Part shown: positions 24,761-36,990 of the stretch, in pieces
Numbering within the stretch: the first letter of the stretch is position 1
How the letters are laid out: every line of letters starts with the position of its first letter
DNA from: Mobula hypostoma
Lineage: Eukaryota
DNA: 64,000 nt
NCBI RefSeq assembly: GCF_963921235.1
Contig: NC_086097.1
Coordinates: 215,018,001-215,082,000, forward strand
Direction: 5' to 3'
Notes under the pieces: model-generated
Told to the model about the DNA's origin: nothing
Databases searched by the model: none
Seen by the model: the letters and a program-made list of their open reading frames with translations, nothing else
Position numbers and translations under genes: made by a program

Positions 24761-27214
24761 TGATTTGGTCTATTCAGTTGTGATTTAATTCCTCAGCACA
24801 CACCAAGCTGAATGCCCAGACAGAGTAAGAATTATCATTATTGCCTCTATCAGCCTCTTCAACACCTTGAGAGCCAGTGAAACACACCCTGGAGAGTGTA
24901 TAGAAATACACTCAACTTCATCTAATTGAGTGAATTGTATTGTTTTATTGCTGCTCCATTCTGTTCAAAGCATTTACATTTTTTCCATCACAAATGACGT
25001 TTTGGTCAAGGTCCAGTGCAGTCTCAGTCTCCCTACACTTAATGATGGGAATGAAGCACGTGCATATATTTGCCTAAAATACATTCTGCCCTTCACCCAC
25101 ATCTCAAGCAAACACTAGATCCTTTACATAGTCAGAAAATATGGTATATATGATACGCTCTGAACGATTGGTTTGCCGGAAGTCTGGCTGCTTTTCAGCT
25201 GACAGATCACCTTACTGAGAAGGTATCCATTAAGCAGTTCAATCAGTATTACTTCTGCCTCTGAGTAACTGTTTTCTCTTCTGGCTGTGATATCTGTAAC
25301 TTTCAGAGTCAGGATGCGGTGCAAACTTCCCTTCTCACAAGACCCCATAAGGATCACTTGCTCCTGACTCCAGAGAAGCCCAAAGTTTCTGAGTCCCACT
25401 GATCACAAGTCACATCCTCCTGCATGACTATGAACACAGGAGTTAAGCTTGGAGCTCCGGTGACCCTTGATTATGGTTGGTAACACGAATTACCGGATCA
25501 TATTAATTTATCAAAATGCCCTGCGTTTGTATCCCGTGAGAGCAACGTTCAATTAAAGGGTTACTTCAATACTATCACACCACTTTTTGATGAGCTGCAT
25601 AAATTAGCTCATCTTGCAACAGTTGTCACAATTGACTCAGCTGAGGAATTCCATCATACCACATTTGTACTGTCATCCTGAGTATTTTCAGACTCCTCTG
25701 ATTTCTGTGGTAACAGAAAATAATCACCAACTTGTCTGCATAATAATTGGATCCATTTTCAAAACAAATATGATAGCACAAAGAAGGGAAATAAAGCTTG
25801 ATTCAAACGAGGATCCCTTTTCAGGTTCGGTTAATTGCATGCAATGCTCTCACACTTTCTAAACCTCAGTGTACAATCCTTACCACAGGTCATAGAACTC
25901 AAAATGCCTCACATTGTAACAATTTCCATACTGATTATAATACATCACAGCCCTGACCGGGGTCTATAAGCTAAGTGATCAATTTATCAAGATCACTGTG
26001 TTTTTTGAAAACATAAACCAAGCTTCATCTTACTCCTTGACTTTGCAAATTCCTCCACTAAAATATCTCTATTTGGTGAAGCATTTAAAGTGCTGTTCTG
26101 ATCACTGGCACAGCTTCCGGTAAGATGGCGGCATGTTTAGACGCAGCAGCCTCTTGGGAGCCAAACAAAGTTGATTTTGGCCTTTTTTGACAATCACAGG
26201 ACAATGTTGGACATTTAGGACTTCACATACTGCAGGTCTACCCCATCAGTGAGCTGCTTGTTGGTGGAGGAGCTGGGCTTGGTGTGGACTGTGTTACTGC
26301 CTGCTACAGGAAGGCATTGTAGTCAGTGCGCGAAAGTGGTGTGAAGTCTACCAATGAATAATTGTCTTGGACTTTTCTCTTGCAATTGCAAGAATGCTGT
26401 TTGGGCATTGATAATGTAAAATGTCGCAAGTCCACTTCCCTTGTTTATTGGTGAGACAAGCAGGGGAGCTGCGCGGCCTTGGTTGTAGAGAGGAGCGGGC
26501 GTCTCAAGCCGTGGGCTTGCCTTTTGCAGCAGTCCAGGAGAGGAGATGCCGGGGGTGGCGTACCATAGAGTCCATGCTCGTTTGGAGGCTGGCCTCTCAT
26601 GTTGGTGCTGCCATCTAGTGTTCAATCAGTGAAATGACCAGCTGGATTGCATGCATTCATCTGCGGACTGCTGAGAAAACTTCTCTGTTACCGACAACAC
26701 CCATTAACCATTAAGTTACAGGACATGTCACTCAGGGACTTGGGCTATTCAGTATATATAATTTGTATGACTGCATGTTTACTTATTATCTTGTATGTGT
26801 TATATGTGCCTTGTGCTGTGATTTCAAAGGTTCAGTGGTTCATTTCTTATCAAAGTATACAACTTAAAATTCTTCATCTCCAAGTAGCCATGAAAAAAAG
26901 AAAGAAAAGAAAGGCAGCATGATCATCACCCTACAAAAATGAAACAGGCACATCCACCCCCAAATCACTCCTGCACAAAAAAAATTGACAGAATGGAACA
27001 GGCATATCAATCCCCAAATGCCTCCTCCTACACAAACATATACAAGAAAGATTGAATGAAAAACACAGAATATAAAGAACTATAAGACTGAAAGTCTACA
27101 CTCCAAGTCCACATCCAAAATGCAGAAAATCTGGGCAACATTCTCCAGGCCCCAGTGACAGGCCCTTCCCTTTCAAAAGAAAGGCAGCCACGCTGATTCT
27201 CCTCACCTTCATCA

Positions 27215-28570
27215 ACCCGAGGACCAGACTGATCCTTTTCCACAATTACCTTGAAACTAATGGCATTATGATCACCAGATGCAAAGTGATCCCCCACGCA
27301 AACTTTTGTCACCTGCCCTATCTCATTCACTAATATTACACCTCTCTCATTGGGACTGCTGTATTGAGTAAGGAAAGTTCCCTGAATACATTGAACAAAC
27401 TTTGTCCCATCTAGTCCTCTTACAGTATGGGAGTGTTACATGCTCAAGGAGATCTGGTTTTTTTTGTGAGAATGATGTAATGGTCTTTTAGAGGTCACCT
27501 GATGTGATTTTCCTGCCGATGTGAGGTCACGTGATGACATGTGCCCCCCCCTCTCCGGTGACTATATAAGGTTCGACCCAGGTGACGCACTTTGTTTTTG
27601 AGTTTGAAGATTTCCAGGTAGAACGTGTTGTGCCTCCATTTCTGTTGTGTTTGTTTTTGTGACGCAGTTTCATTTTTAAAACGGAGGGTGTGTTCTCTTA
27701 TAAGATGTAGTATATTTGGACTGGAAATTTGTGGCTGGAAGGGCCAATTTACTCAATTCCGACAGTTGAAGGGAGAGTGAAGAATTCATCGAAGTGAAGG
27801 ATCGAGAGAAGTCGGCATCATTGGGCAGTTTAATAAAGAATCGACCTTATTGAGTCTTTGTTGGAGAGTACCTGCATCGAGATAACTCTTGCCAGAAAGA
27901 GCAATGAGTTCATGTACAAAGGTGCTCTCTTTCTCTAAAGGAATTTAAGGTCAGTCGATTTAAACTGTTTATTTTCGGCATCGTGAATCCTGTGGACAGA
28001 ACCAGCAGTAAAGGTGCGTCTGTGAAGAAATCTTTCTCCAGAGAAGTCTCTCCCAATTGAACGCGTAAATCTGTTTGACTTTCGAAGTTATCGCTCTAAG
28101 AACTATATCTGACTGTATCGTTTTAAGAACTGTTTTCGCATTTAACGCTTTAAGAACCAGAGCCGAGTGGAGTTGGTGAACGGCTGCATATCTGTTAACT
28201 TCCAGTTAAAGTTTTCCTTTGTTTTTTTTTCCTCATCGTTTAAACGAGTTTAATAAATGTTTGGTTGTTTTTGATATAACCTGTCTTGATTAATATTCAT
28301 TGTTGCCGGTTACGTTACAGGGAGTCCCTGTCAATATGTGGAAGGTTAAGATCACCTACTATCACAACCTTACGTTTCTTGCAACAGTCTGCGATCTCGC
28401 CACAACTTTGTTCCTCTAAATCCTGCAGACTGTTGGGTGGTCTATAATATAGCTCCATTAATGCGGTCATCCCTTTCTTATTCCTCGGTTCCATGCACAA
28501 AACCTCACCGGACAAGTTCTTCCCTCTATCCTGACTAAGCAATGCTCTGACATTTTCCTTGCTGCCATCT
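27215..28570 (-). mobile_element. CR1 endonuclease-region fragment split by a solo LTR
   Basis: ORFs 28315-28542 (YYRPPNS, VGDLN) and 27028-27330 (GDHNAISF). Confidence 0.8.
27434..28319 (+). mobile_element. Solo LTR (886 bp)
   Basis: TGTTAC...GTTACA ends; 5-bp TSD GGGAG (27429-27433 and 28320-28324); TATATAA near 27564; AATAAA at 28252. Confidence 0.88.
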
Positions 28571-28581
28571 CTCCCGCTAAA

Positions 28582-31095
28582 GCTATATACTACTAAACTC
28601 TCATGCTCTGTCTGTTTGTCAACTCCAATTAGCGCAAACGGTGCATTACAGCGGCACTTTTTTTGGCTAAATTGAATTAAAATGTGCTAACTTACAAAAT
28701 GCAGGCAAAGTTCAGGGTTATATATTCATATAAAATTGCTCATGCGCAAAAGTCAACAGGCTCGCTTTCACCAGAGAGCCGATGCGCCATCATAGAAATC
28801 GGGATGCAACAGCCCGACACATGCGCACGGCCAGCCTCAGTAGCGACACCTCCCAGAGCAAAAGGGCAGGGCAGCTCTATTTCGAGGGGTCACATTCTGC
28901 TGATCACCATCAGCATGTGCAGGATTGGGACAGATCTAACTGCCACCCATCAATAAGAAATAATTAAATCTTATTGTAATTATTGCCAGATTTGTGCATG
29001 GAAGGTCATGTTTGACAAATCATATTGAATTTTTTGATGAGGTTACTAGGAAAGTTGACGAGGGTAAAGCAGTGGATGTTGTCTATATGGACTTCAGTAA
29101 GGTCTTTGACAAGGTTCCACATGAAGGGTAGTTAGGAAGGTTCAATTGTTAGGAATTAATATTGAAGTAGTAAAATAGATTCAGCAGTGGCTGGATGGGA
29201 GACGCCAGAGAGTAGTGGTGGATATCTGTTTGTCAGATTGGAGGACAGAGTTTAGTAGTGTGCCTCAGGGATCTGTACTGGGTCCAGTGTTGTTTGTCTT
29301 ATATATTAATGATCTGGATGATGGGGTGGTAAATTGGATGAGTAAGTATGCAGATGATATTAAGATAGGTGGAGTTGTGGATAATGAAGTAGGTTTTCAA
29401 AACTTGCAGAGAGATTTAGACCACTTAGAAGAGTGGGCTGAAAGATGGCAGATGGAGTTTAATGCTGATAGATGTGAGGTACTACATTTTGGTAGGACTA
29501 ATCAAAATAGGACATACATGGTAAATGGTAGGGCATTGAAGAATGCAGTAGAACAGAGGGATCTAGGAATAATGGTGCATAGTTCCCTGAAGGTGGAATC
29601 TCATGTGGATAGGGTGGTGAAGAAAGCTTTTGGTATGCTGGCCGTTATAAATCAGAGCATCAGTAGGAGTTGAGATGTAATATTGAAATTGTAAAGGGCA
29701 TTGGTAAGGCCAAATTTGGAGTATCGTGTACAGTTCTGGTCACCGAATTATAGGAAAGATGTCAACAAAATAGAGAGAGTACAGAGGAGATTTACTAGAA
29801 TGTTGCCTGGGTTTCATCTCCTAAGTTATAGAGAAAGGTTAAACAAGTTGGGTCTTTATTCTTTGGAGCGTAGAAGGTTGAGAGGGGACTTGATAGAGGT
29901 ATTTAAAATTATGAGGGGATTGATAGAGTTGACATGGATAGGCTTTTTCCATTGAGAGTGGGGGAGATTCAAACAAGAGGACATGAGTTGAGAGTTAAAG
30001 GGCAAAAGTTTAGGGGTAACATGAGGTGGAACTTCTTTACTCAGAGAGTGGTAGCTGTGTGGAACGAGCTTCCAGAAGAAGTGGTTGAGGCAGGTTCGAT
30101 GTTGTCATTTAAAGTTAGATTGGATAGATATATGGACAGGAAAGGAATAGAGGGTTATGGGCTGAGTGCAGGTTGGTGGAACTAGGTGAGAGTAAGAGTT
30201 GGACACAGACTAGAAAGGCCTAGATGGCCTGTTTCCATGCAGTAATTGTTATATAGTTATATATATGGTTAATGGCGTACTTCCAGACACCCATAAAACC
30301 CTTTGCTACAGTCAAAGGACAGCAGTGACTATATCACATCCATTTAGCAGAGCACCAACCACATCATCATGAATAATCAGTGTCCTTTGGTGTTACTGCT
30401 TCGTATCTTGTATCCAGCATTAGGGTAAAAAAAAATTGTCAGCCTAATTATGCCGCGTGGAATGAGAAGGGGCAAATTATGATCAAGAGATGATGCCAAA
30501 CGTCATTGGGAAGCGGCAAGGAGAGGGAGAGAACAAGAATCGGATGAGGCCAGGGCCGCACAACTGCAGGATCAAAGAGTCAGGACAAAAACAGATGAGA
30601 GAAGAAGAGACAGAGGAGGAGAGGCATGCACGTCTCCAGGATCAGAGACAAACAACAAACAGCAGAAGAGATGAAGAGACGGGGAATGAAAGGGCTACAC
30701 GTCTACAGAATGAGAAAAACAGGCACAGAAGGAGGAGAGAAGAAAGGAGCTGAAAAATTCACATCTCCAGGATCAGAGACAAAGAACAAGCAGCAGAAGA
30801 GATGAAGAAACGGGGGTGTGAAAGGACTGCACATCTCCAGAATGACAACGAGAGGCACAAGGGTGGCAGATAATCCAGAAATGATGCCATCAAAAGTGTC
30901 CTTTGTTAAACGAGAAGGAGCTATGTTTGCTTTGCTATGTGTCGTTCTTCTTTAATAAACTGAAGTTTCCTGTTTCAGTTTCCAAAGCAAAGCGATACCA
31001 ACAGCATTCAGGAAAATTTAATGTTCATTCTGGTCACATCAGACTGAACTACCCTTCTCTCAAAGTGTGCCCCAACGGGTCACCCCATTGTCTAG
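28582..31095 (+). mobile_element. Non-autonomous Helitron unit A (STPR-like N-terminal remnant), interrupted by a CR1
   Basis: 5' end CTATATACTACTAAA; 23-aa repeats in ORF 30490-30753; 3' hairpin GTGCCCCAACGGGTCAC then CTAG|T at 31092-31096. Confidence 0.8.
28981..30269 (+). mobile_element. 5'-truncated CR1 inserted in Helitron unit A
   Basis: ORFs 29215-29673 (VPQGSVLGP, YADD), 29701-29955 and 29934-30185; absent from the mirror unit A'; apparent TAAT duplication. Confidence 0.9.
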
Positions 31096-31482
31096 TAACT
31101 ACTAAAATTCTCATGCTCTGTTTGTCCGTTTGTGACCTCCAATTAGCACAAATGGTGCATTAAAGAGGCGCTTTTTTGACTAAATTGACTTAAAATGTGC
31201 TAACTTACAGAATGCTTGCAAAGTTCAGGGTTATATATTCGTATAAAATTGCTCACCCGCCAAAATCAACACCTCCCGTTTCACCCAAGCCGACCGGAGA
31301 CGATTCCAGCCATCATGGAAACCGCTGACGCAACACCACGACGCTTGTGCACGGCCAGCCTCAGCTATACTTGTCTTGCTATGTGTCTTTCTTCTTTACT
31401 AAACTGAGTTTTTCTTCTTTAATTTTCAAAGAACATCACATCAGACTACACTACCTTTCTCTCAGAGGGTGCCCCAACGGGT
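31096..31482 (+). mobile_element. Non-autonomous Helitron unit B (internally deleted, terminal CTAG missing)
   Basis: Repeats the unit A 5' terminal sequence directly after CTAG; ends inside the hairpin GTGCCCCAACGGGT. Confidence 0.75.
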
Positions 31483-31528
31483 GTGTTTGACCAATAATTC
31501 TACAGTGATCCCTCTCCGGTATAAACAC

Positions 31529-32045
31529 AAGACAAATATAGCTCCTCCTCGTTTAACGAAGGACACTCTTGATGACAACATTTCTGGTTGATCTGCCACC
31601 CTTCAAGAATACTCTAATGTTTTCATTTCTTTTTCCCCGGCTTAAAGCCACATACAGCTGACCATGCTGGAATACCAGTTTCTCCAGATAAATCAACACA
31701 TTCTCCATGGTTTGGCCTTGTGCCTTGTGTATAGTCATAGCAAAGCATGACTGTATCGGGAACTGGTTTGCACTGCTGAGGCTGGTCGTGCACATGCGTC
31801 GTAGTGTCGCGTTAGCGGTTTCCATGATGGCTGGAATCGTCTCTGGTCGGCTGGGGTGAAACGGGACATGTTGATTTTGGCGAGTGAGCAATTTTATACA
31901 AATATATAACCCTGAACTTTGCAAGCATTCTGTAAGTTAGTGCATTTTAAGTCGACTTAGTCAAAAAAAGTGCCGCTGTAATGCACCGTTTGTGCTAATT
32001 GGAGGTCACAAACAGACAAACAGAGCATGAGAGTTTTAGTAGTTA
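31529..32045 (-). mobile_element. Non-autonomous Helitron unit B' carrying Pif1-type helicase motifs V-VI
   Basis: ORF 31553-31924 contains [19 protein letters not shown]...[10 protein letters not shown]...[11 protein letters not shown], the RepHel helicase C-terminus. Confidence 0.85.
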
Positions 32046-33261
32046 CTAGACAATGGGGTGACCCGTTGGGGCACACTTTGAGAGAAGTCTTGTGCAGTCT
32101 GATGTGACCAGAATGAATATTAAATTTTCCTGAATGCTATTGGTATCGCTTTGCTTTGGAAATTGAAGAAGAAAACCTCAGTTTATGAAAGAAGAACAAT
32201 GTGTAGCAAGGCAAATATAGCTCCTCCTCATTTAACGAAGGACACTTTTGATGGCATCATGTCTGGTTGATCTGCCACCCTTGTGCCTCTCGTTGTCATT
32301 CTGGAGACATGCAGTCCTTTTCTCCCCCGTCTCTTCATCTCTTCTGCTGTTTGTTCTTTGTCTCTGATTCTGGCGATGTGAATTTTTCAGCTCCTTTGTC
32401 TCTTCCTCTCTCCTCCTTCTGTGCCTGTTTTTGTCATTCTGGAGACATGCAGCCCTTTCGTCCCCCGTCTCTTCATCTCTTCTGTTTGTTGTTTGTCTCT
32501 GATCCTGGAGACGTGCATGCTTCTCCTCCTCTGTCTCTTCTTCTCTCATTTTTTTTTTTGTCCTGACTCTTTGATCCTGGAGTCATGCAGCCCTGGCCTC
32601 ATCCGATTCTTATTTTCTCCCTCTCCTTACTGCTTCCCAATGATGTTTGGCATCATCTCTTGACCATAATGTCCCCCTTCCCTTTCCATGCGGCATAATT
32701 AGGCTGACGATTTTTTTTAACCCTAATGCTGGATAGAAGATACGAAGCAGTAACACCAATTCTTGATGATGTGGTTGGCGCTCCCTTAAATGGCCGTAAT
32801 ATACTCACCGCTGTCATTTGACTGCAGCAAAGGGTTTTATGGGTGTCTCAAGGTACATCATTACAATAAGATTTAATTATCTCTTATTGATGGGTGGCAG
32901 TTTGATCTGTCCCAATCCTGCACACGCTGATGGTGATTAGCAGAATGCAACCCTTCAAAACAGAGCTGCCCTGCCCTTTTGCTCCAGTAGGTGTCACTAC
33001 CGAGGCTGGCGTGCGCATGCATCGGGCTGTCATGTCCCGATTTCCATGATGGCAGATTGGCTCTAGGGTGAAAGCAAGCCTGTTGATCTTTGCGAATAAG
33101 CAATCTTATATGAATATATAACCCTGAACTTTGCCTGCATTTTGTAAGTTAGCGCATTTTAATTCAATTTAGCCAAAAAAGTGCCAATGTAATGCACCGT
33201 TTGCGCTAACTGGAGGTCACAAATAGACAAACAGTGTATGAGAGTTTTAGTAGTATATAGA
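32046..33261 (-). mobile_element. Non-autonomous Helitron unit A' (1216 bp, both termini present)
   Basis: Minus strand A|TCTATATACTACTAAAA at 33261; hairpin then CTAG|T at 32049-32045; STPR-like ORF 32232-32549. Confidence 0.85.
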
Positions 33262-34244
33262 TACATGCTTCTTCGTATCATATTAAGTAAATCAAGCAGT
33301 TAGAAGACTGACAATGGAAAAAAGATGATCCCAGGGATTCAGACATCTCTTATCTGATCCGCTGAGTATTTCTAGCTGTATGTTTTTATTCAAGAAATAT
33401 GTTGTGGGTGGAGCTAAGGCGCTAATGGCATTAAACGCCAACTCCTTTGCTTGCATCTTCAGAAAAAGCTCTATTTCTATCTTTAATATCTCTATTATTC
33501 CCTTTCAGGGTTCTTTTGAAGACCCTGACCTGGAGTTACACACTGACTTCGGTTCTTTGTGGGAATGGGACCCGCTCTCGGGGTCTGACGAATGGCCGTT
33601 ATTCGAGGTACCAAGGACATGGCCTAGAAGATTAGCTCGTCTTCGAAGGACCGCGACTTTGTGGCTCTGGAGGCGGATGGACTCAAGGTCGGTGTCTCTG
33701 CAGGAATTTGTGTGTCATGGGAGATGGAAGATCGAAAGCAGCAAGACCCGAGTTCTTTGGGCACAAAGCTTGGAAAAAGCGATGCAACGGACTTCTAACA
33801 TCTTAAATCAGCGAGATGTTTGTTATGTCTCCCCTCTCGCTGTGAAACAGGGACACCTCTTTTTCCCTTATTAGGGAAAGAGAGAGAGAGAGCTTGTGGT
33901 ATGTCGAATTACCAGGTGAACAAGTAGTCTTTGGGGTACTGCAAGTCTGTGTTTTTATTGATGCTTTGCTGCCCACTTGAGTGCTCAGTGGGGGGAGGAC
34001 GCTAATGCTTTCTTTGCTAGTGGGGGAGGGGGATTGTTGCTTGCTGCTGATTACGCATGGGAGGGGGGAGCTGGGGGGGCGGCTTTGGGGTTCTAACATT
34101 TAAATGTCATTCATTCCTTGGGGCACTCCTCTGCTTCCGTGGATGGTTGGGAATTAAAATCATTTCAGGATTATATTGTATGCATTTCTCTGACAGTAAA
34201 TGTACCTTTGAAACCTAGTGTTTTTCAACTAAAGATGAGGTACC

Positions 34245-35225
34245 TGTGTTGGGACCAATTATCTTTACTTTATATGTCAATGATTTGGATGATGGAATTG
34301 ATGGCTTTGTTGCAAAGTTTGCAGATGATATGAAGATAGGTGGAGGGGCAGGTAATTTTGAGGAAATAGAGAAGCTACAGAAGGACTTAGACAGATTAGG
34401 AGAATGGGCAAAGAAATGGCAGATGGAATACAGTTTTAGGAAGTGTTTGCCCATACACATTGGCAGAAGAAATGAAAGGGTTGACTATTTTCTAAATGGA
34501 GAGAAAATACAAAAACTGAGGTGCAAAGGCACTTGGGAGTCCTTGTGCATAATTCCCTAAGGGTTAATTTGTAGGTTGAGTCTATGGTGAGCAAGGCAAA
34601 TGCAATGTTAGCATACATTTCAAGAGGACTAGAATAAAATGTTGGGACTTTATAAAGCACTGGTGAGGCTTCAGTTGGAGTTCTGTGAACAAGTTTTGGC
34701 CCCTTAGAAAGGCTGTGCTGAAATGGAGAGATTTCAAAGGAGATTCACAAAAATGATTCCAGAATTGAATGGCTTGTCATGTGAAGAGCATTTGATTGCT
34801 CTGGGCCTGTATTCTCTAGAATTCAGAAGAATCAGTGGGGACCTCATTGAAATCTATCGAATGGTGAAAGGCCTTGATAGAGTGGATATGGAGAGAATGT
34901 TTCCTATGATGGGAGAGTCTAGGACCAGAGGCTCAGAATAGAGAGGTGTCCTTTTAGAATGGAGATGAGGAGGAGTTTCTTTTGCCAGAGAGCTGTGAAT
35001 CTGTCGAATTCATTGCCACAGGCAGCTGTGGCAGCTAGGACTTTACGTATATTTCAGGCAGAGGTTCACAGATTCTTGAATGATCAGAGCATGAATGGAT
35101 ATGGGGAGAAGGCTGGAGACTGGGGCTTAGAGGAAAATTGGATCAGCCATGATGAAATGGTGGAGCAGGTTCGAGGGGTCTAATGACCTAATTCTGCTCC
35201 TATATCTTATGGTTTTATGGTCTTG
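34245..35225 (+). mobile_element. Old 5'-truncated CR1
   Basis: ORF 34246-34560 with FADD; TTATGG tail. Confidence 0.88.
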
Positions 35226-35637
35226 GGTGATCTTGCATCCATCTTGTCTTGCTAATTACTTCATTGTTCCCCATCACTCAGGAATGGATGCCGTGAGTAG
35301 ATTTGAGGATGTATAACATTTCAGAGCTATTCCATGATTTATTCTGACATGCGTGCAGTTTCCCCATTTGACACCCTTACAGTTCTGCCTTACAGCCTTC
35401 ATGAGTTGAGACCCACTTATTGGTAGGCTAGACCTAGCTGCTAGGTGATTTCAATACTCATTCGCATACACATTCATCGTTAAACAAGGGATGAGCATCT
35501 GTTTGACAGTAATGAGATAAGGAAAGGTCATGTTCATATCCAGTCTCCTAATGCAGGTCTCTACCCAAATTAATGACGATCTCTTTATCTCCACAGATGT
35601 TGTCTGATCCCTTGGGTTCCTCCAGCAAGTTATTATT

Positions 35638-36012
35638 TGCTGGAAGACGCTCGCATGGAGGGCAGAAGAAACGTTACAAAGACACACTAAAGGCCTCCCT
35701 GAAGTCATTTGACATAGACACGACCTCTTGGGAAATGCTGGCACAAAACCGCCCTACCTGGTGCGGCCTCATCCACGAGGGCTGTCAAGCTTACAAAGCA
35801 AGGTGCATTGCTGAAGCACAACATAAACACGAGCTGCGCAAGTCCAGAGCCACCAGCGCAACAACTGCAGTGCCTACACATGTCTGCCCAACATGTGCCA
35901 GGACATTCCGTGCCCGAATTGGCCTGACCAGTCATCTTCGGACACATCGCATCCAGTCTCAAAGTGACTAATGATATCGAGGTCTTCGTCAGCAACGATG
36001 GACGAACCACAC
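35638..36012 (+). mobile_element. RTE (BovB-like) LINE 3' fragment with C2H2 finger
   Basis: GRRSHGGQKKRYKDTLKASLK...CPTCARTFRARIGLTSHLRTH in ORF 35573-35971. Confidence 0.85.
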
Positions 36013-36139
36013 GATTTGCTCTAGATTCTCCTGTGTGTCCATGGTAGTTCCCAGCTGTGCTACATCCTAACCCTCAAGGATGCTGTGATTTGAGTTATTA
36101 GTGCGTTTAAATGAGAGTTGCAGGGGGATGGGAACCGGA

Positions 36140-36435
36140 GTGTCAATTTAAGAATAAGGGGTAGGCCATTTAGAACGGAGTTGAGGAAAAACTTTTTCAC
36201 CCAGAGAGTGGTGGATATATGGAACGCTCTGCCCCAGAAGGCTGTGGAGGCCAACTCTCTGGATGCTTTCAAGAAAGAGATGGATAGAGCTCTTAAAGAT
36301 AGCGGAATCAAAGGTTATGGGGTTAAGGCAGGAACTGGATACTGATTGTGGATAATCAGCCATGATCACAGTGAATGGCGGTGCTGGCTCGAAGGGCCGA
36401 ATGGCCTGCTCCTGCACCTATTGTCTATTGTCTAT
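36140..36435 (+). mobile_element. CR1 3' end
   Basis: GRPFRTELRKNFFTQRVVDIWN; (CTATTGT)n tail. Confidence 0.85.
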
Positions 36436-36444
36436 AACAGATAG

Positions 36445-36990
36445 TGGACAGCAACACTCACAACACGCGGGAGGAACTCAGCAGGTCAGGCAGTAACCGT
36501 GGAAACGATGAGTCGACGTTTCAGGCCGGAACCCTTCGTCAGGACTGTAGAGGGAAGGGAGGGGGCCCTATAAAGAAGGTGGGGGGAGGGTGGGAAGGAG
36601 AAGGCTGGTAGGTTCCAGGTGAAAAACCAGTAAGGGGAAAGATAAAGGGGTGGGAGAGGGGAAGCAGGGAGGTGATAGGCAGGAAAGGTGAAGAAGGAAT
36701 AGGGAAAAACACAATGGGTGGTAGAAGGAGGCAGAACCATGAGGGAGGTGATAGGCAGCTGGGGGAGGGGGCAGAGTGAAATAGGGATAGGGGAAGGGAG
36801 GGGGAGGGAATTACCGGAAGTTGGAGAATTCTATGTTCAAACCAAGGGGCTGGAGACTACCCAGACAGTATATGAGGTGTTGTTCCTCCAACCTGAGTTT
36901 AGCCTCATCATGGCAGTAGAGGAGGCCATGTATGGGCATATCTGAATGGGAATGGGAAGCAGAGTTGTCTGAATGGGAATGGGAAGCAGA
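36445..36990 (-). mobile_element. Penelope-like element 3' fragment (GIY-YIG C-terminus, pyrimidine-rich UTR, hammerhead)
   Basis: Manual minus-strand translation HGLLYCHDEAKLRLEEQHLIYCLGSLQPLGLNIEFSNFR* (stop at 36811-36813). Confidence 0.85.
36511..36546 (-). ncRNA. Minimal type I hammerhead ribozyme (Penelope-associated), core intact
   Basis: AGUC-CUGACGA-AGG(guuccgg)CCU-GAAACGUC-GACU: stem I AGUC/GACU, stem II AGG/CCU, palindromic ACGU stem III, GUC cleavage site. Confidence 0.8.

Noticed and set aside
25124..25399. 91-aa minus-strand ORF as a TTPA exon
   Set aside because: No recognisable similarity to TTPA or any family I can identify.
31553..31924. Host PIF1 helicase exon
   Set aside because: Embedded in Helitron terminal sequence, and its N-terminal half is translated Helitron 5' DNA.
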